A DNA stretch of 64,000 nt from Thermoplasmata archaeon. Its GTDB lineage: Archaea > Thermoplasmatota > Thermoplasmata > GCA-020350865. Below, piece after piece: positions 63,070 to 64,000 of this stretch. The notes under the pieces were generated by a model. That model ran no database searches and was not told the origin of the DNA. It saw only the letters and a list, made by a program, of their open reading frames with translations. Each line of letters opens with the position of its first letter. The first letter of the stretch is position 1. The stretch lies in the NCBI GenBank assembly GCA_020348445.1, contig CP070751.1, forward strand, positions 4,392,901 through 4,456,900. The letters are read 5' to 3'. The position numbers and the translations under genes are program-made.

Positions 63070-63677
63070 TCAGACCACCCAAGATATTGTTTTGCAGAAG
63101 TCTTTGAAACCTCTAGGGCTTCAAGGTGTTTTATAAGTTCTTCTTTATCAAGGTTTTCTTCAAATAATTTGAACAGGAACCTGGCATCCTCGATGTCCTT
63201 TTCAGAGCGCATATACAATTTGTATGCTATCTGTTGTTCCAGCGGCGAAATAGGTAAATTACGTCCGTTGACAACAACCTTAAGGGATTCTAAAAGTGCT
63301 TTTTTATGCAACTCAGTGGTTTCGAATTTCATCTCGACATTTGGTATGAATTTACCCTTTCGTGCAAATCTTAGGGCTGTGCCCTTCGAAAGATAATCAT
63401 CAAAAGCTGTTTTAATATCTGATGTAATGATACATTCAAAGGTCTCGTGGATGTCCTTCCAGAATCCAGTAAATATCTCAAAAGTAACTCTTTCGCAGAC
63501 AACATCGATATCCTCACTGGCCCTATTCCTACCAAATAAAATTGCTAAATAACCTGATAGAAATACATGCTTTATACCCGCCTTAGAAAGACTTTCAGAG
63601 AAACAAAGAGCCAGTTCATCAAGTTTGCTTAGGACCTTGGTAAAGGAAACTACATTGTCTTCAAAGGTTATCTCCAT
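63066..63677 (-). CDS. Nucleotidyltransferase-fold protein (DUF6036/AbiEii-like)
   Basis: FLSGYLAILFGRNRASEDIDV (G...DxD signature); IAYKLYM.SEKD.EDA. Confidence 0.8.
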   Translation of the reverse strand: MEITFEDNVVSFTKVLSKLDELALCFSESLSKAGIKHVFLSGYLAILFGRNRASEDIDVVCERVTFEIFTGFWKDIHETFECIITSDIKTAFDDYLSKGTALRFARKGKFIPNVEMKFETTELHKKALLESLKVVVNGRNLPISPLEQQIAYKLYMRSEKDIEDARFLFKLFEENLDKEELIKHLEALEVSKTSAKQYLGWSD

Positions 63678-63789
63678 TAATAACCACCTAAAAATAATTC
63701 ATTGTGTTCACTGGTATTAGGTGATTTGGGGTTATAAAAGCTTCGTAGGGAGTAAAGTGAAAGTAACTCAATTTTTTTGCTCTTTCTCC

Positions 63790-64000
63790 TCATCCCATCT
63801 TTTTCACAACTTCATTAGCAACCTCAAGTGTGGAGCTTGATCCTCCCATATCGTATGTCTTTACCTTGCCCTCCTCTATGACGGTGGAAACACCTGTTTC
63901 AACCTGTTTGGCGTATTTTATCTCACCCAACCATTCAAGCATGAGTTTACTTGCCAGAATCATGGCAGTTGGATTGACCTTGTACTGCCCAGCGTACTTA
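63790..64000 (-). CDS. C-terminus of an isocitrate/isopropylmalate dehydrogenase family protein (partial)
   Basis: Manual translation KYAGQYKVNPTAMILASKLMLEWLGE...GKVKTYDMGGSSSTLEVANEVVKKMG*. Confidence 0.9.
   Translation of the reverse strand, partial: KYAGQYKVNPTAMILASKLMLEWLGEIKYAKQVETGVSTVIEEGKVKTYDMGGSSSTLEVANEVVKKMG

Overview
Archaeal chromosomal DNA, most likely an uncultured Thermoplasmatota/Thermoplasmata lineage. This is an inference from the co-occurrence of an A1AO ATP synthase, aIF-1A/Rio1/Dim2, archaeosine synthase ArcS, a BHB-intron tRNA, gyrAB, and many giant PKD/NosD surface proteins. Layout: (1-9.6 kb) AT-rich accessory island with a beta-propeller surface protein, an IS6-like transposase with a DUF2080-like microgene, a wHTH protein and a GNVGIGT-repeat fibre protein; (9.7-15.2 kb) 1835-aa PKD protein; (15.4-25.2 kb) atpH-I-K-E-C-F-A-B operon, with no atpD; (25.4-34.2 kb) roadblock, nth, tRNA-Gly(GCC) with intron, yjbQ, aIF-1A, rio1, dim2, gyrB, gyrA; (34.5-42.6 kb) TSP3-repeat protein, tRNA-Pro(TGG), methyltransferase, arcS, tandem GNAT, exported PHP-like protein, aminotransferase, dodecin; (42.7-52.1 kb) about 3125-aa MBL/beta-helix surface protein; (52.3-60.1 kb) two OPT transporters, a PqqD-like cluster and an exported tail-collar fibre protein; (60.2-64 kb) acs, Lrp-like protein, a nucleotidyltransferase with a microprotein, and the end of an IDH/IPMDH-family gene. 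Two observations stand out. (i) The ATP synthase rotor subunit c is a signal peptide + PKD domain + six tandem hairpins carrying five glutamates. (ii) Both tRNA genes are followed by homologous hairpin elements whose arms are copies of the local tRNA 3' end, and which share a 26-nt spacer and a 14-nt internal motif at the same offset. All calls are from reading the sequence by eye; no searches were run.
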